Origin: Mobula hypostoma
Taxonomy: Eukaryota
Direction: 5' to 3'
Length of the DNA stretch: 64,000 nucleotides
Assembly (NCBI RefSeq): GCF_963921235.1
Contig: NC_086108.1
Span: forward strand, 93,002,001 to 93,066,000
Below, in pieces: positions 52,151 through 64,000 of this stretch. The first letter of the stretch is position 1. Every line of letters starts with the position of its first letter. Both the position numbers and the translations under genes were made by a program. The notes under the pieces are model-generated. The model searched no databases. It was given only the letters and a program-made list of their open reading frames with translations, and had not been told where the DNA came from.

Positions 52151-53514
52151 TCAAGAAAGTCTGTGACATCAGAGAAAGAAAATGGAAATTTTAGGGATTT
52201 AAAAAAATACAGACTTTACAACCTTGGCAGCTGAAAGCATGGCCACCAATGGTGAAGGAATTAAAATCAACCATACACAAGAGACTACAATTGGAAGAGC
52301 ACAGAGATCCTGATGCTTCTATTACTGAAATAAGATGTTATTGTGGGAAGGGACTGCAGGGTGGGATATTGGAAAAGGAAAAAAAAAACATGTAGAGATG
52401 AAAGCTGAGGATTTTAAAATGGATTGTATAGGCTACCAAACATAGCTTTGTTTGGGGTAGTGCAGCCAGGTAAGCATTTTAATTGTCCAGAGGCGATAAA
52501 TGTTTGCATCAGGAGAAAAATTGGGCAAAGCTTCAGAGATGGAAATAGGCAATTTTAGTGATGGAACTGGCAAATGGAAAATAGATTGGCTCTGTGTCAA
52601 ACACAACAACAATTCTGTGTTCGGTTCCATTCCTGAGATGGGAGTAGGGAACAAAGAGGCGACTATGTTGCACAAACCAAAAAGTGACTTCAATCTGTCC
52701 CAAATCTGGTTATAAGAGGTTTCTATGAATTCACTATTGGATGTTTACTCGACTATATGATGAAGCCACGTCAATGGAGTGTTACAGATTGTCCTTTGAG
52801 AGGTAGAGCTGAGTATTACCATTGTGCACTTAAAGTCCTCCCTCCATGTAAGGTAATCTAGTGCTATTAAATTCTCAGTTCTATAAAGATTCACATATCT
52901 CGAATTTAAATCAGTCTCAGATTGCAAGCTTTAAATGATTAAATAGTTAATTAATTAAAATGGCATAACTGAGCTTATTCTGCAATCTATTATCCATTAT
53001 ATTGGCTATTTCTGTCCACTATTTATGAGTAATTCTCAAGAATGGCTACTTCTGAGATTTTGAGATAATAGAATAGTTGTTTTTCACATCAAAAATCTGG
53101 CTTACTTTTTTCCATATTTATCATTTACCCAGTTATGTGCAAATTCTAATTAGTAGCTGCTTAAGAGCTGGTTTGATGCAGAACAGTCCATTGGGTCTAA
53201 TATTCCAAGAAATAGAACAGTAAACCACAACGTTGATGCAGAGAAATCAGACACAGCTGTAGTGCCAAGCTATTGTTCGCATTGCGGGCACGTTATGATG
53301 GCACCGGAATGCATAGTGACACTTGTGGGCTGCCACAATCGCCTCCCTGAGTTGTGTTGGTTGTTAATGCAAACGACGCATTTCACTATACGTTTCAATG
53401 TACGTGTAAGAAATAAATAATCCTGAATCTGAATCTGAGTCTGGATACTGATCTCAAAGTGGTTTGGACATGAGGCTTGCATAATGTGACCAGCTGCTAC
53501 AGATTAGAGCAAGA

Positions 53515-53622
53515 CTGGGGCGGGGTTCTGAGTTGGATGATCAGCCATGATCATAATAAATGGCGGTGCAGGCTCGAAGGGCCGAATGGCCTACTCCTGC
53601 ACCTATTTTCTATGTTTCTATG
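53515..53622 (+). mobile_element. About 110-bp 3' stub of the young CR1 family at 3899 and 9437
   Basis: Near-identical to 10369-10476. Confidence 0.88.
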
Positions 53623-54467
53623 ATTATATACAGTATGTTGTATATAGTTAAATTACAATAAAATTGACTTGACTTGACCTGATTGGGCTATTTTCATACA
53701 GTTTCTTCACAATGATCATTTCAAGCCAAAAGTAACGTTAGATTTATGAGCTACTGCGGTCAAGAGCCAATGGGAAAGAATTTAGACTTGCAGACTAAAC
53801 TAATATGTTCAACATCCTTTGCAGTTACTATAATAACCTTGCATGAGATTTCATACCAAAACAAATGAATAAAGGATTTAATATGAAGTTAAAAACTGCT
53901 GGTATTCTGAAAGAACCAGCAACCTTAAACAGAAGATAGAACAGTTCAATCTTATGTCTCCGAGTTTGGGAAGGCAGGGAGAGATCATATGACCAAGCAC
54001 TAACTAGAGCATAGAACATAGAAAATTATAGCACAGTATAGGCTCTTCAGTGCATGGGGCCATGTTGATCTACATAAACATACTCCACAATCAATCTAAA
54101 CCTTCCTTCCTACACAACATACTACTCCTACACTACTCAGCAAGTCAGGCAGCATCTATGGAAATGAATAAACAGTCAACATTTCAGCCGAGGTGCTTCA
54201 TCAAGACTGGAAAGGAAAGGGAATGATTCCAGAATAAGAAGGTTGAGGGAGGGGAAGAAGGACAAGCTAGTACTGCGTCAACAACCAATGCAATCTGAGG
54301 ATGCACTGAGGCAGCCCGCAAGTGTCGCCATGCTTCCAGTGCCTACAGAGGATGTTCTCAACTTATTAACCCTAACCCATAAGTCTTTATAATATAGAAG
54401 GAAACCGGAGCATCCATTGGAAACCCATACAGTCACAGGAAGAACATACAAACTCCTTACCGTTAGT

Positions 54468-54809
54468 TATAGTCATAGTCATAGTCATACTTTATTGATC
54501 CCAGGGGAAATTGGTTTTCATTACAGTTGCACCATAAATAATTAAATAGTAATAAAACCATAAACAGTTAAATAGTAATATCTAAATTAAGCCAGAAAAT
54601 AAGTCCAGGACCAGCCTATTGGCTCAGGGTGTCTGACCCTCCAAGGGAGGAGTTGTAAAGTTTGATGGCCACAGGCAGGAATGACTTCCTATGACGCTCT
54701 GTGTTGCATCTCGGTGGAATGAGTCTCTGGCTAAATGTACTCCTGTGCCCAACCAGTACATTATGTAGTGGATGGGAGACATTGACCAAGATGGCATGCA
54801 ACTTGGACA
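54468..54809 (-). mobile_element. Young Rex1 3' end nested in a minus-strand V-SINE (about 54275-54890)
   Basis: HPLHNVL...RCNTERHRKSFLPVAIKLYN; (catagt)n tail; SINE halves on both sides. Confidence 0.8.
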
Positions 54810-54899
54810 GCAGCAGAAATTGAACCCTGAGCTTCCAATCTCTGACACTGCAAAGCGTTATGCTAACTGCTACCCTACCATACTGCCCTTTGAATACAG

Positions 54900-55270
54900 G
54901 AGAAGTAAGGATGACCTCACAGAGGTGTTTAAAATTTTGAAGGAGATAAATATGGTGAATGTGCATAGTTTCCCACGATAGGGAAAGTAAAACCGAGAGG
55001 CCATAGGTTAAAGGTGAGGTGAGAAAGATTTAGAAGGGGCCTGAGGGGAAACTTCTTCACTCAGAGGGTGGTGTGTGTATGGAATGAACTGCCGAAAGAA
55101 GTGGCTGAGGCAGGTACAACAATAATATTAAAAAGACACTTAGGTTAGTACATGGAAAGGAGCAGTTTAGAGGGGTCTGGGTCAAACACAGGCAGATGAG
55201 ACGAGCTAGTGGGCACCATGGCTAGCAAGGGTGGGCTGGGCCGAGGGGTTGGTTTCCATGCTCTATGACT
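54900..55270 (+). mobile_element. CR1 3' fragment
   Basis: DLTEVFKILK, GNFFTQRVVxVWNELP remnants. Confidence 0.75.
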
Positions 55271-55607
55271 TTAAACATCTGTAATCCATAATGTGAAATC
55301 TGTGAGTTGTGGCAAATTTTTATTTATATTTCTTGACCTGCATTTCACTAGGAAGGCCATAATTTATTTCCTATCTCTAATTTCCCTTTGACCAATTGGA
55401 TTGTGAGGGAATTTCCAAATTAACATTTGTGTTTCTGGAACCCATACAGGACAGCAGATATTGTTCTCTGAAGAACATTACTGAACCAGTAGTTTTGTGT
55501 TTTTCACTATTAATTAATAGTTTTAATCATAATTCCAGATTATAAAATGAATTTAATTTTCACATCTTCTTTATTGAGATTTGAACTCAGGTTTCTGTAT
55601 TGAAGGA

Positions 55608-55895
55608 AGCACGGTAGTATAGTGGTTAGCAAAATGCTGTACGGTACAGGTGATCTGGGTTCAATTCCCATTGCTGCCTGTAAGGAGTTTGTATGTTCTC
55701 CCTGTGACCGTGTGGGTTTCCTGCAGAAGCTTTAGCTGCAGAAGCTTTAGTTTCCTCCCACAGTCCAAAGACCTACTAGTTGGTGGGTTAACCGGTCATG
55801 GTGAATTGTCCTGTGTTAGGCTTGGATTAAACTGGGTGGCACGGCTTGAAGGGCTGGAGGGGCTTATTCCGCACTGTATATCAATAATAAATAAA
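55608..55895 (+). mobile_element. tRNA-derived V-domain SINE
   Basis: A-box ggtagtatagtgg, B-box ggttcaattcc, V core containing a 15-bp tandem duplication (ctgcagaagctttag x2). Confidence 0.82.
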
Positions 55896-58453
55896 ATCAG
55901 GCTTCTGAAAAACGGTCCTTGAAAAGGAAACATATACCACCACTACCATACCTATATAGTTTGAGGTCAGGTCAATTCAGCAGCAAACTGAAATGCATGT
56001 GTTAACATTCCAGTATCAAATTGGAAGTACTTCCTCGATTGTTTCTTCATTTCACCTCTATAACCACATGAACCAACATGTTTCTGGATAAAGAGAGCTG
56101 CTCATTAATTTAGAGATTTATGATTTTCATAAAAACTGATGAAAGGTGATCTACTTCGAGTGAGAACTTGTACTCCCTGCACCAGCAAGCAGCCACATTT
56201 GTATGACAAAACTTAATGAACTGGTGTAACGCAACCTTTTGTTTAATCTGTGTGAGAGATGGAAAAGATTAAGAGGAATGAAAGAACTAAGGGACGCCGA
56301 AGGTAACAGAGAGAATGGAGTTGAGAGGGAAAATAAATCAGCCATGATCGAATGTCAGAGCAGACTTGAAGTGCCGAATGGCCTAATTCTGCTCCTGTGA
56401 CTTATGGTCTGATGCAATGAGCATAGTGAGTAAACAATTCATTGTAAGAAGAGAAAGAGATGAGAAGTTTGAAAAGGCTTGGGGGCAAGGTTAGAAAGAG
56501 GTAGCATAATCATGACAGGACTGGCTTCTTGTGGATGTACAAGGGGAGAGCGCAGGCAGAAATCCAGAACTGAAGGAGAGAAGCAGGCACAAGCATATTC
56601 CCAGCAAATGTGTTCACTTGCTTCATTGGTGTTGTCAATGCACACAGATTAGTGCATCAAAGCACTGACTGACAAGGCTGTGTGAAGAGCGAAAAAGAAA
56701 CAAATTCCATAGATTAAAGGCAGTTCTGACTTACAGGAGTATTTGGGCAATGTTTGTAAACTACTGATAAATCATAATCATGTCATTTAAGAAATCCTTC
56801 CAGAATTAAAACTTGATGCCAACACCTGGGAAATGGAAAATTTCCAGGCTTGAACAAAAAGATTCTTCTTGAATGACTTTCAGAACAGAGGTATCATCGC
56901 TGATTTCAAGTGCCCAGACCTGACAAATACCCTGACAGAGAGTAAGTACGACCTATCAGGAATGATCGTTTAAATTTAAAATGGAGAACAAGAAATGGCT
57001 GAGGAAGTAAACAAAGTTCGTGTTTTGTTTTCAATCAAGAATCAAAAATCAAAATGATTTCATGTCACTTCCAGTACACAAGTGTAAAGTAGAACAAAAT
57101 AATTGTTACTCCAGATCCAATCCAACAAAAAAACAATAAGACAAAGGACACAATAATAAAAAGTTCATAAATATAAAGACATGAGATAGCTTATGTACAT
57201 ATGTCCATAAAGTGATGCTAGGCACGGGGGTGTCTGTATGTAAAGTGACTCAGACAGGAAATGATGAAGTAGTGGTGTTGGGGGATATGGTGTGGTGGGT
57301 TAGTGGGTGGAGGTGTTGATCAGCCTTACTGCTTGGGGAATGTAATTGTTTTAGAGTCTGGTGGGAGTGGGGCTATCAGTCCATGAGCAGGATGGGTAGG
57401 ATCCTTCATGATGTTACTGATCCTTTTCTGGTACCTTTCAGCATATGTCCTTGATGGTGGACTTCAATGACAAATAAATTGATCTTGAACTTGAATTATA
57501 TACAGACATATTCTGTATATATGTCTTGATTTGTTCATAGAAGATAACAGAAATACCTGTCCAGAAATTTTGGAAGCAAGAGCCTAATTAAATGAAATTT
57601 GTGAAAAATTAGTGGTGAAAGAATTTATGGAGCTGAAAGCCAATAAATCCCCAGGGACAATGACATGCATTGTAAAGAATTGAAAGAGGTAACCTTTGAA
57701 ACAGTGAATGCTTTGGTCGTCTCCTTTCAAAATTCAATTGATTATGTTCCTTGTGGCAGGTCAAAGCTGATTATTGAGTTGTTAGGTGAAGTACGAGCTG
57801 CTTTCTTGTATACAGGTTTTCAGTCCAGCTTTCTTCCAGGATTTTGCAATGTTGTGGAAACTTCGAGAGATCACGTATTGAATTGGGAAGTATTGATTAA
57901 GGATCAACTTTATTCTTTATTTATAAAGAATTGCGTAGAAAGTAAAGCCAGAGGTTAAAGTACAGATATGGAATAAAATGTACATAAATACATAAATACC
58001 AGCAAGCAGCATTATAAAAAGTGGTTTAACATGTTTACAGTGCAGTGAAGTGACTGAGATCTGCCATGGTCAGACTTGATGGGATGAATGGTCGAATTCT
58101 GCTCTTATGTCTCATGGTTTTATCTTTTATGGCTTGGTGTTATATTTCCCTAATGCTTCTGTAATGTTTTACTGTGGAGTGAGCCTCTGGCAGCTGACTC
58201 CCCAGCAGTACCCACCTACACTATATACAAGTAGGAAAGCTGGCGTGCCTGGTGGGAGGTTAACAACTGCATGCCCCGACTTGTGATGTAAACTATTCCA
58301 CAGCCTTTCCACAGAGATGAAAGAGCAGCTTGCTTCCACCCAGGATAGAGGGTGTCGAGGGAAGAGCGGCGAGTGACTAACTAGAATAGTTGATCGGAAT
58401 AACTACCTGGGGTCTTTGTGAGTAGAAATGTCAGAGTTATTATTCATGCTTCA

Positions 58454-58645
58454 GTGCACACTTCCCAATCCCATTAAAGCCAAGTGTGCACACTTCCCAA
58501 TCCCGTTAAACCCAAGTGTGCACACTTCCCAATCCCGTTAAACCCAAGTGTGCACACTTCCCAATCCCATTAAAGCCAAGTGTGCACACTTCCCAATCCC
58601 ATTAAAGCAAAGTGTGCACACTTCCCAATTCCGTTAAAGCCAAGT
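58454..58645. repeat. Minisatellite, 6 x 32 bp
   Basis: Unit gtgtgcacacttcccaatcccRttaaaSccaa, head-to-tail with no spacers. Confidence 0.95.
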
Positions 58646-60151
58646 ACAGCATTATTCAAATGGAATGATAGACACTGGACTTGAGTAGATTGTATTGTTC
58701 CACAGACTGCCCTCATCACGGAATGGAATTATTTTTGATGATTGTGGAGGGCCAAATTGAAGCCCAGAAAGGAATGCATTGTCCATTCATGGAGTCAGAG
58801 AGAAATACAGTGCAGAAGCAGGTCCTACAGCACACGGAGCAAGGATAGGCAGCAACACCTGTTGTGTATTTAATATTCCAGTAATATTTGAGTAATATTG
58901 TAAATAGATTGCTTGATTAAGCATTCTTTGTTTAAGTAATTCATTATGGGTTATATGTAAAAGTACATTAATGGTATTTGTCAGTACGTCACTATGTCCT
59001 AAGAGCGTACCTCACTAAAAATAAAAATGAAGTAGACACATTATCCCTGGCCACCCATGTATTTGTTTTGATTACTTTGACGATTTGGAGCTACAAAACA
59101 TAACAGTGGAGACAAGGAGGTTTTAAAATGAACCCAAGATGACTATCTACCTGTTAAAGCGCAGCCAGACATTTTGAGTTTTTAAAAAAAGCACAACATG
59201 CTTTCTTTGCAAGATGAGAGAAACGGTCGGGTAAAAAAAGTGCAACACTTCTTTTTCTTTATGAGGGAACAGAGACGTTCAAGTTAAAAAAAGGCAGAAA
59301 GCTGACAAATTCACAGGTTCATAAACAGCAAGTACCAGTTGATAATAATCATACATGTTTAAAAAAGAGCAGAAATGGTTGGCTACTTCAGAAAGATGAA
59401 CACATTTAATTGAGCAACCAATAACTGGCTAGTGTATATTGAGCGTATTAAGCAGCATTCTGAAGCAATTAAATAGCCACTGAGAAAGGAGTGCCAGTTT
59501 TGCTGGGTGCAATAAGTGGAAGAGCGTACGGTATACTTAGAAGGTTGATTGCTCTAACCAAATCAGCTAAAATGAGCTTTGTTGCTATCCTGAAAGTAAT
59601 GCAGGAACATTCTAGGTTTCATAAGCGGAATCAATGGAAGGGGAATCCATTTCAGCTTACGTGGCTGAGTTGAAGAAGCTGTCTCAGCATTATCAGTTCA
59701 GTGATGGGGCTTAATGTTGCACTGAGAGATAATATATTTTGTGGAATTTTGCAAGAAAGCATTAAAAATGGCTTACAACTGAAACACAATTCACATTTAA
59801 AGGAGCAGTTGAAATCACCGTTTCAATGGAAGTGGCAGCCAGAAATTTAATTGAGTTGCAGTCAAGAATGAAAGTGACTATGAACAGAATTGCAATGTCT
59901 AATCTGAAACCTGTGGCAGAGGCTTATATACACCAGACCAATGCACGTTTATAGGTAAAACTTGCAGGAAATGCAGCGAAGTATGACAAATACAAAAAGC
60001 ACGTCAGGCAGACAAAAATAAATGTACTGCACAGGGAAGAGAACCAGTCTGCATGCAGTTGATGAAAAATCTGATAATGACAAGGACTGGGTAGCCTTGA
60101 AATTTATAATGTGAAAACTAACAAGATACAACCAATATGGCTTACACCAGA

Positions 60152-60629
60152 GCACTGTGGATGAACCGATTCCTTGCTGGTGTTGCTGACTGAAGTGTTG
60201 TGGCAGATCAGAACATCGAGACAGCAGTGTTCACTGCTGTCAAAATAAGTGGCGCAGCAGACGGTAACACCTCCCTCGTCAGTGAGAGAGAGAGAGAACC
60301 AGTGGCACGTTGAAGTTTTGGGATGAACAGCGTTTTTTTTCGATGGACTCTGAATTGTGGCCCCTTTGGGGTCTTTGCTATTGCTTGTATGGCAGGTGAT
60401 GGGGAGGGGGGTCTGAAGCTTTCACTGAGGCAGGTGGAGGGAGGGGGAGGGGGAAGATTGATGCTATGTGGCTGCCTGTGTGTGGGTGGGGGAGAGGTCT
60501 TTAGGCTTCTAACATTTTTCTGTCCTTCATTCTCTAGGTTTTTTACTTCTGTTTCGTGGATGTCTGCGAAGAGTAACAATTTCAGGTTGTATATTGGATA
60601 CATTCTCTGATATTAAATAGAGCCATTGA
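60152..60629 (+). mobile_element. Non-autonomous non-LTR repeat nested in the Gypsy gag-protease junction
   Basis: Flanked by accaga direct repeat; removal restores WLTPEVN; same family as 13570-13980. Confidence 0.7.
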
Positions 60630-62285
60630 ACCAGAAGTGAACAGCAAATTAACTAAAATGGAATTGGACACTGGCTCAGCTGTTTCAGTCATTTCACAAA
60701 ATGAGTTTGAAGGTATTTCAAAGATGCTGAACTGAAGGCTGCAGCTATCTAATACTAGAGAAAAGATAACTCCTGTGGAAATGACACTTGTAACTGTGAA
60801 ATAAAACAACCAACAAGCCACATTGGGCTTGCATGTGGTAATATGGGGCTGTGATTAGCTGAGAGAGCTTCACTGGGGATCCATCCACCATTTACATGCC
60901 ACTTCCCTTACAACAAAGTCAACTGAATGTGAATTAACAAAGGTACAGGATGTTGCAGTGTTCAAGGATAGCACTGGAGAACTCAAACATATCAAGGATA
61001 AAAAGTGTTAAATAAAAATGTCACATCGATGTTATACAAAGCCCACCCAGTTCCTTGTACCATCCTTGACTAAGTAGCTAGTGAGCTAGAGTGCACGGAT
61101 GCTGAAGGAATTATTTCCAAGGTTGAGTGGAGCCCATGGGCAATGCCTGTGGTACCAGTAGCCCTGAAGAATGTATCTGTCAGAATCTGTGGTGCTTTTA
61201 ATGTCATCATCAACCCAGCACTGAAAGTAGATAATACCCTCTGCCCAGGATGGAAGATAACTTTGCAAGCCTTTTTGGAGGGAAACACTTCAGCAAAGTT
61301 GACTTAGCTGAGGGTTAACGACAGGTGGAGATGGAGGAAGAGTTCAAGGTGCTTCTCAGCGCTCTGGCCGAAAGCGATGGATCAGGGGCTGCAAGGCTGC
61401 CCAGGCACTCAGTGTTACCTGGATGGCATCATTGTCACCAGTGAGGATGACAAACAACATCTCCAAAATCTCAAGGCAGTGATAAAAACATTAGAAGGTT
61501 ATGGGCTCAGAGCACGACTCAGCAAGTGCCAATTCTTTAAAACAAGCATCACTTGTTGTGGTCACACTATTGACGCACAAGCATTACACAAGTGTGCTGG
61601 GAAAATTCAAGCAGTGGTGGATGCCCCAAGGTCAAAGGACCTGTCACAGTTCCAGTCCTTTTTAAGATTTGTCAATTACTATAACAGGTTCCCGCCAAAC
61701 CTGGCTACTGTGCTCCACCCCTTGAACTCATTACCACACATTGGGAAAAAATGGCAATGGACAAACCAGTGTGAGGTGGCTTTCCAAAAGGTACAGGAAA
61801 TGGTGACAGTAGACATTGTCTTCACACATTATGATCCACATCATCCAGTGAATCTTACCTGTGACATCTGGTTTTATGGTATAGGTGTGGTCACGTCACA
61901 TGTTATGAGTGATGGAAGTGAATGCCCTGTAGCCTTTGTGTCATGTTTCCTTACTGCTGCAGAGAAAAATTATGCACAGATTGACAGAGAGACCTCGAGC
62001 CTGGTTTGGGATGTAAAATGTTTCAAACAGTGCTTGTATTGGAGCAAGTTTACCCTGATTACCGATCACGAACTACTAGTGTCAATTTTCAATACACAGC
62101 AGCTGTTCTGCCAACAGCAGCAGCACAAAAGCAGAAATGGCCTCTGTTTCTTGGAGGACACAATTACAAGATCGAACTGAAGAGGACAACTCATCATGGA
62201 AATGCTGGTAAATTGTCCCATTTACCCTTGGACAAGGAAATACCTGAAAAATTTACAAAAGATAATTCACAAAAATTTACAAAAA

Positions 62286-63413
62286 ATGGATTTCAGCAAG
62301 GCACTTGATAAGGTACCCCATACCAGGCTTATTGAGAAAGTAAGGAGGCATTGGATCTAAGGGGACATTGCTTTGTGGATCCAGAACTGGCATGCCCACA
62401 GAAGGCAAAGAGTGATTGTAGACGGGTCATATTCTGCATGGAGGTCGGTGACCAGTGGTGTGTCTCAGGGATATGTTTTGGGACCCTTACTCTTCGTGAT
62501 TTTTATAAATGACCTGGATGAGGAAGTGGAGGGATGGGTTAGTAAGATTGCTGATGACACAAAGGTTGGGGGTGTTGTGAATAGTCTGGAGAGCTGTCAG
62601 AGGTTACAGCGGGACATTGATAGGATGCAAAACTGGGCTGAGAAGTGGCAGATGGGGTTCTACCCAGATAAGTGTGAAGTGGTTCATTTTGGTAGGTCAA
62701 ATATGATGGCAGAATATAGTATTAATGGTAAGACTCTTGGCAGTGTGGAGGATCAGAGATCCGAGTCCATAGGATGCTCAAAACAGCTGCGCAGGTTGAC
62801 TCTGTGGTTAAGAAGGCATATGGTGTATTGGCCTTCATCAATCGTGGGATTGAGCTTAAGAACCGAGAGGTAATGTTGCAGCTATATAGGACTCTGGTCA
62901 GACCTCACTTGGAGTACTGTGCTCAGTTCTGGTCGCCTCACTACAGGAAGGATGTGGAAACCATAGAAAGGGTGCAGAGGAGATTTACAAGGGTGTTGCC
63001 TGGATTGGGGAGCATGCCTTATGAAATTAGGTTGAGTGAACTCGGCCTTTTCTGCTTGGAGCGACTGAGGATGAGAAGTGACCTGACAGAGGTGTATAAG
63101 ATGATGAGAGGCATTGATCGTGTGGATAGTCAGAGGCTTTTTCCCAGGGCTGAAATGTTTGCCACAAGAGGACACAGGTTTAAGGTGCTGGGGAGTAGGT
63201 ACAGAGGAGATGTCAGGGGTAAGTTTTTTATGCAGAGAGTGGTGAGTGCATGGAATGGGCTGCCAGCAACAGTGGTGGAGGCGGATACGAGAGGGTCTTT
63301 TAAGAGACTTTTGGGTAGGTACGTGGAGCTTAGAAAAGTAGAGGGTTATGGGTAACCCTAGTAATTTCTAAGGTAGGGACATGTTCGACACAACTTTGGT
63401 TTTCTATGTTTCT
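62286..63413 (+). mobile_element. 5'-truncated CR1 nested in Gypsy pol
   Basis: ORFs 62373..62873 and 62774..63355 (SGVSQGYVLGPLLF, KIADDTK, LVRPHLEYCAQFWSPHY); TSD aagataattc (62259-62268) / aagacaattc (63414-63423). Confidence 0.92.
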
Positions 63414-64000
63414 AAGACAATTCTCCTTCTGATGTATTCTCCCTTAACACAAATTGGACGTCTCTCTATTACAGCAGAGATGATCCAAAGGGAAACCAGT
63501 AAAGACAGTTCCACATGGAAACCCAAAATGGCTGAAAAATGCAGCAGGAATTTCAGTTTCCCCATTTTTACCAGCACTGGGATGAACTTGTCCTTGACGG
63601 GGGTTGCCTTATGTGGGGATTGAGAGCATCCAAGCTGAGAGCTAAAGCATTGTATGAGCTACACACTGGTCATCTAGGCATGGTCAAAATGAAAGCATTG
63701 GCTTGAGGCTTTGTCTGGTGGCCTGGTGTAGATCAGCAGATCGAGCAGCTTTCCATGCACCGTTCGGGATGCCAACACATCCTGAAGAAAAGGGTCCGGA
63801 GCTGTCAAAACCATTTCCCCTGCTGTCCTAGAGTCAACTTCTACAACCAGCATGAAGGAGACCCCAGAACCTGAGATTGTTTGGTGGCCACAAGTCTCAC
63901 CTGCCAAGCAGAGTGACCCCCTCCCCCCCACAACTTGTCAGGAAAGATGTTATCCCACAAGAATAAAGAATCCTCCATAGTGATCAAATTTTTAAGCCTG

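Larger units (their letters stand above)
58860..64000 (+). mobile_element. Decayed Gypsy/Ty3 LTR retrotransposon (5' LTR, gag, pol), continuing beyond the window
   Basis: LTR tgttg...taaca 58860-59105, PBS-like gtggagacaagga; protease MELDTGSAVSVI (about 60658); RT CYLDGII and FVNYYNRF; RNase H NYAQIDRE, FTLITDH; integrase Zn-finger region LHTGHLGMVKMKALA..VWWPG (about 63658-63730). Confidence 0.9.

Noticed and set aside
55608..55680. tRNA gene
   Set aside because: A and B boxes run straight into a V-SINE core and no full cloverleaf is evident; it is a SINE head.
58454..58645. 32-bp repeats as a CRISPR array
   Set aside because: Units are contiguous with no unique spacers, there are no cas genes, and the context is eukaryotic.

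Overview
Repeat-dense, AT-rich vertebrate genomic DNA with no intact host gene that I can support. The repeat repertoire (CR1 LINEs with (GTTTCTAT)n-type tails, V-domain tRNA SINEs, Rex1/Babar LINEs, Penelope elements) points to a cartilaginous fish, probably a ray; that is inference. Nearly all recognisable ORFs are retroelement or transposon remnants: young and old CR1 copies, Rex1/Babar, one RTE, Penelope (GIY-YIG), an IR/DR-type Tc1 transposon broken by a CR1, a solo LTR, a decayed Gypsy element running off the right edge, and a 6x32-bp minisatellite. Most interesting signals: (1) Penelope-derived fold-back insertions with 11-15 bp TSDs, carrying minimal type I hammerhead ribozyme motifs from at least three families, one of them apparently intact (41904-41941, minus); (2) a ~300-bp non-TE insert inside a Rex1 copy, flanked by a 14-bp near-perfect direct repeat and containing an open, frame-symmetric 132-bp exon-like segment with a GTAAGT donor; (3) a near-identical inverted CR1 pair; (4) several nested insertions with legible junctions. 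Boundaries of decayed repeats are approximate and were read by eye; no database search was run.
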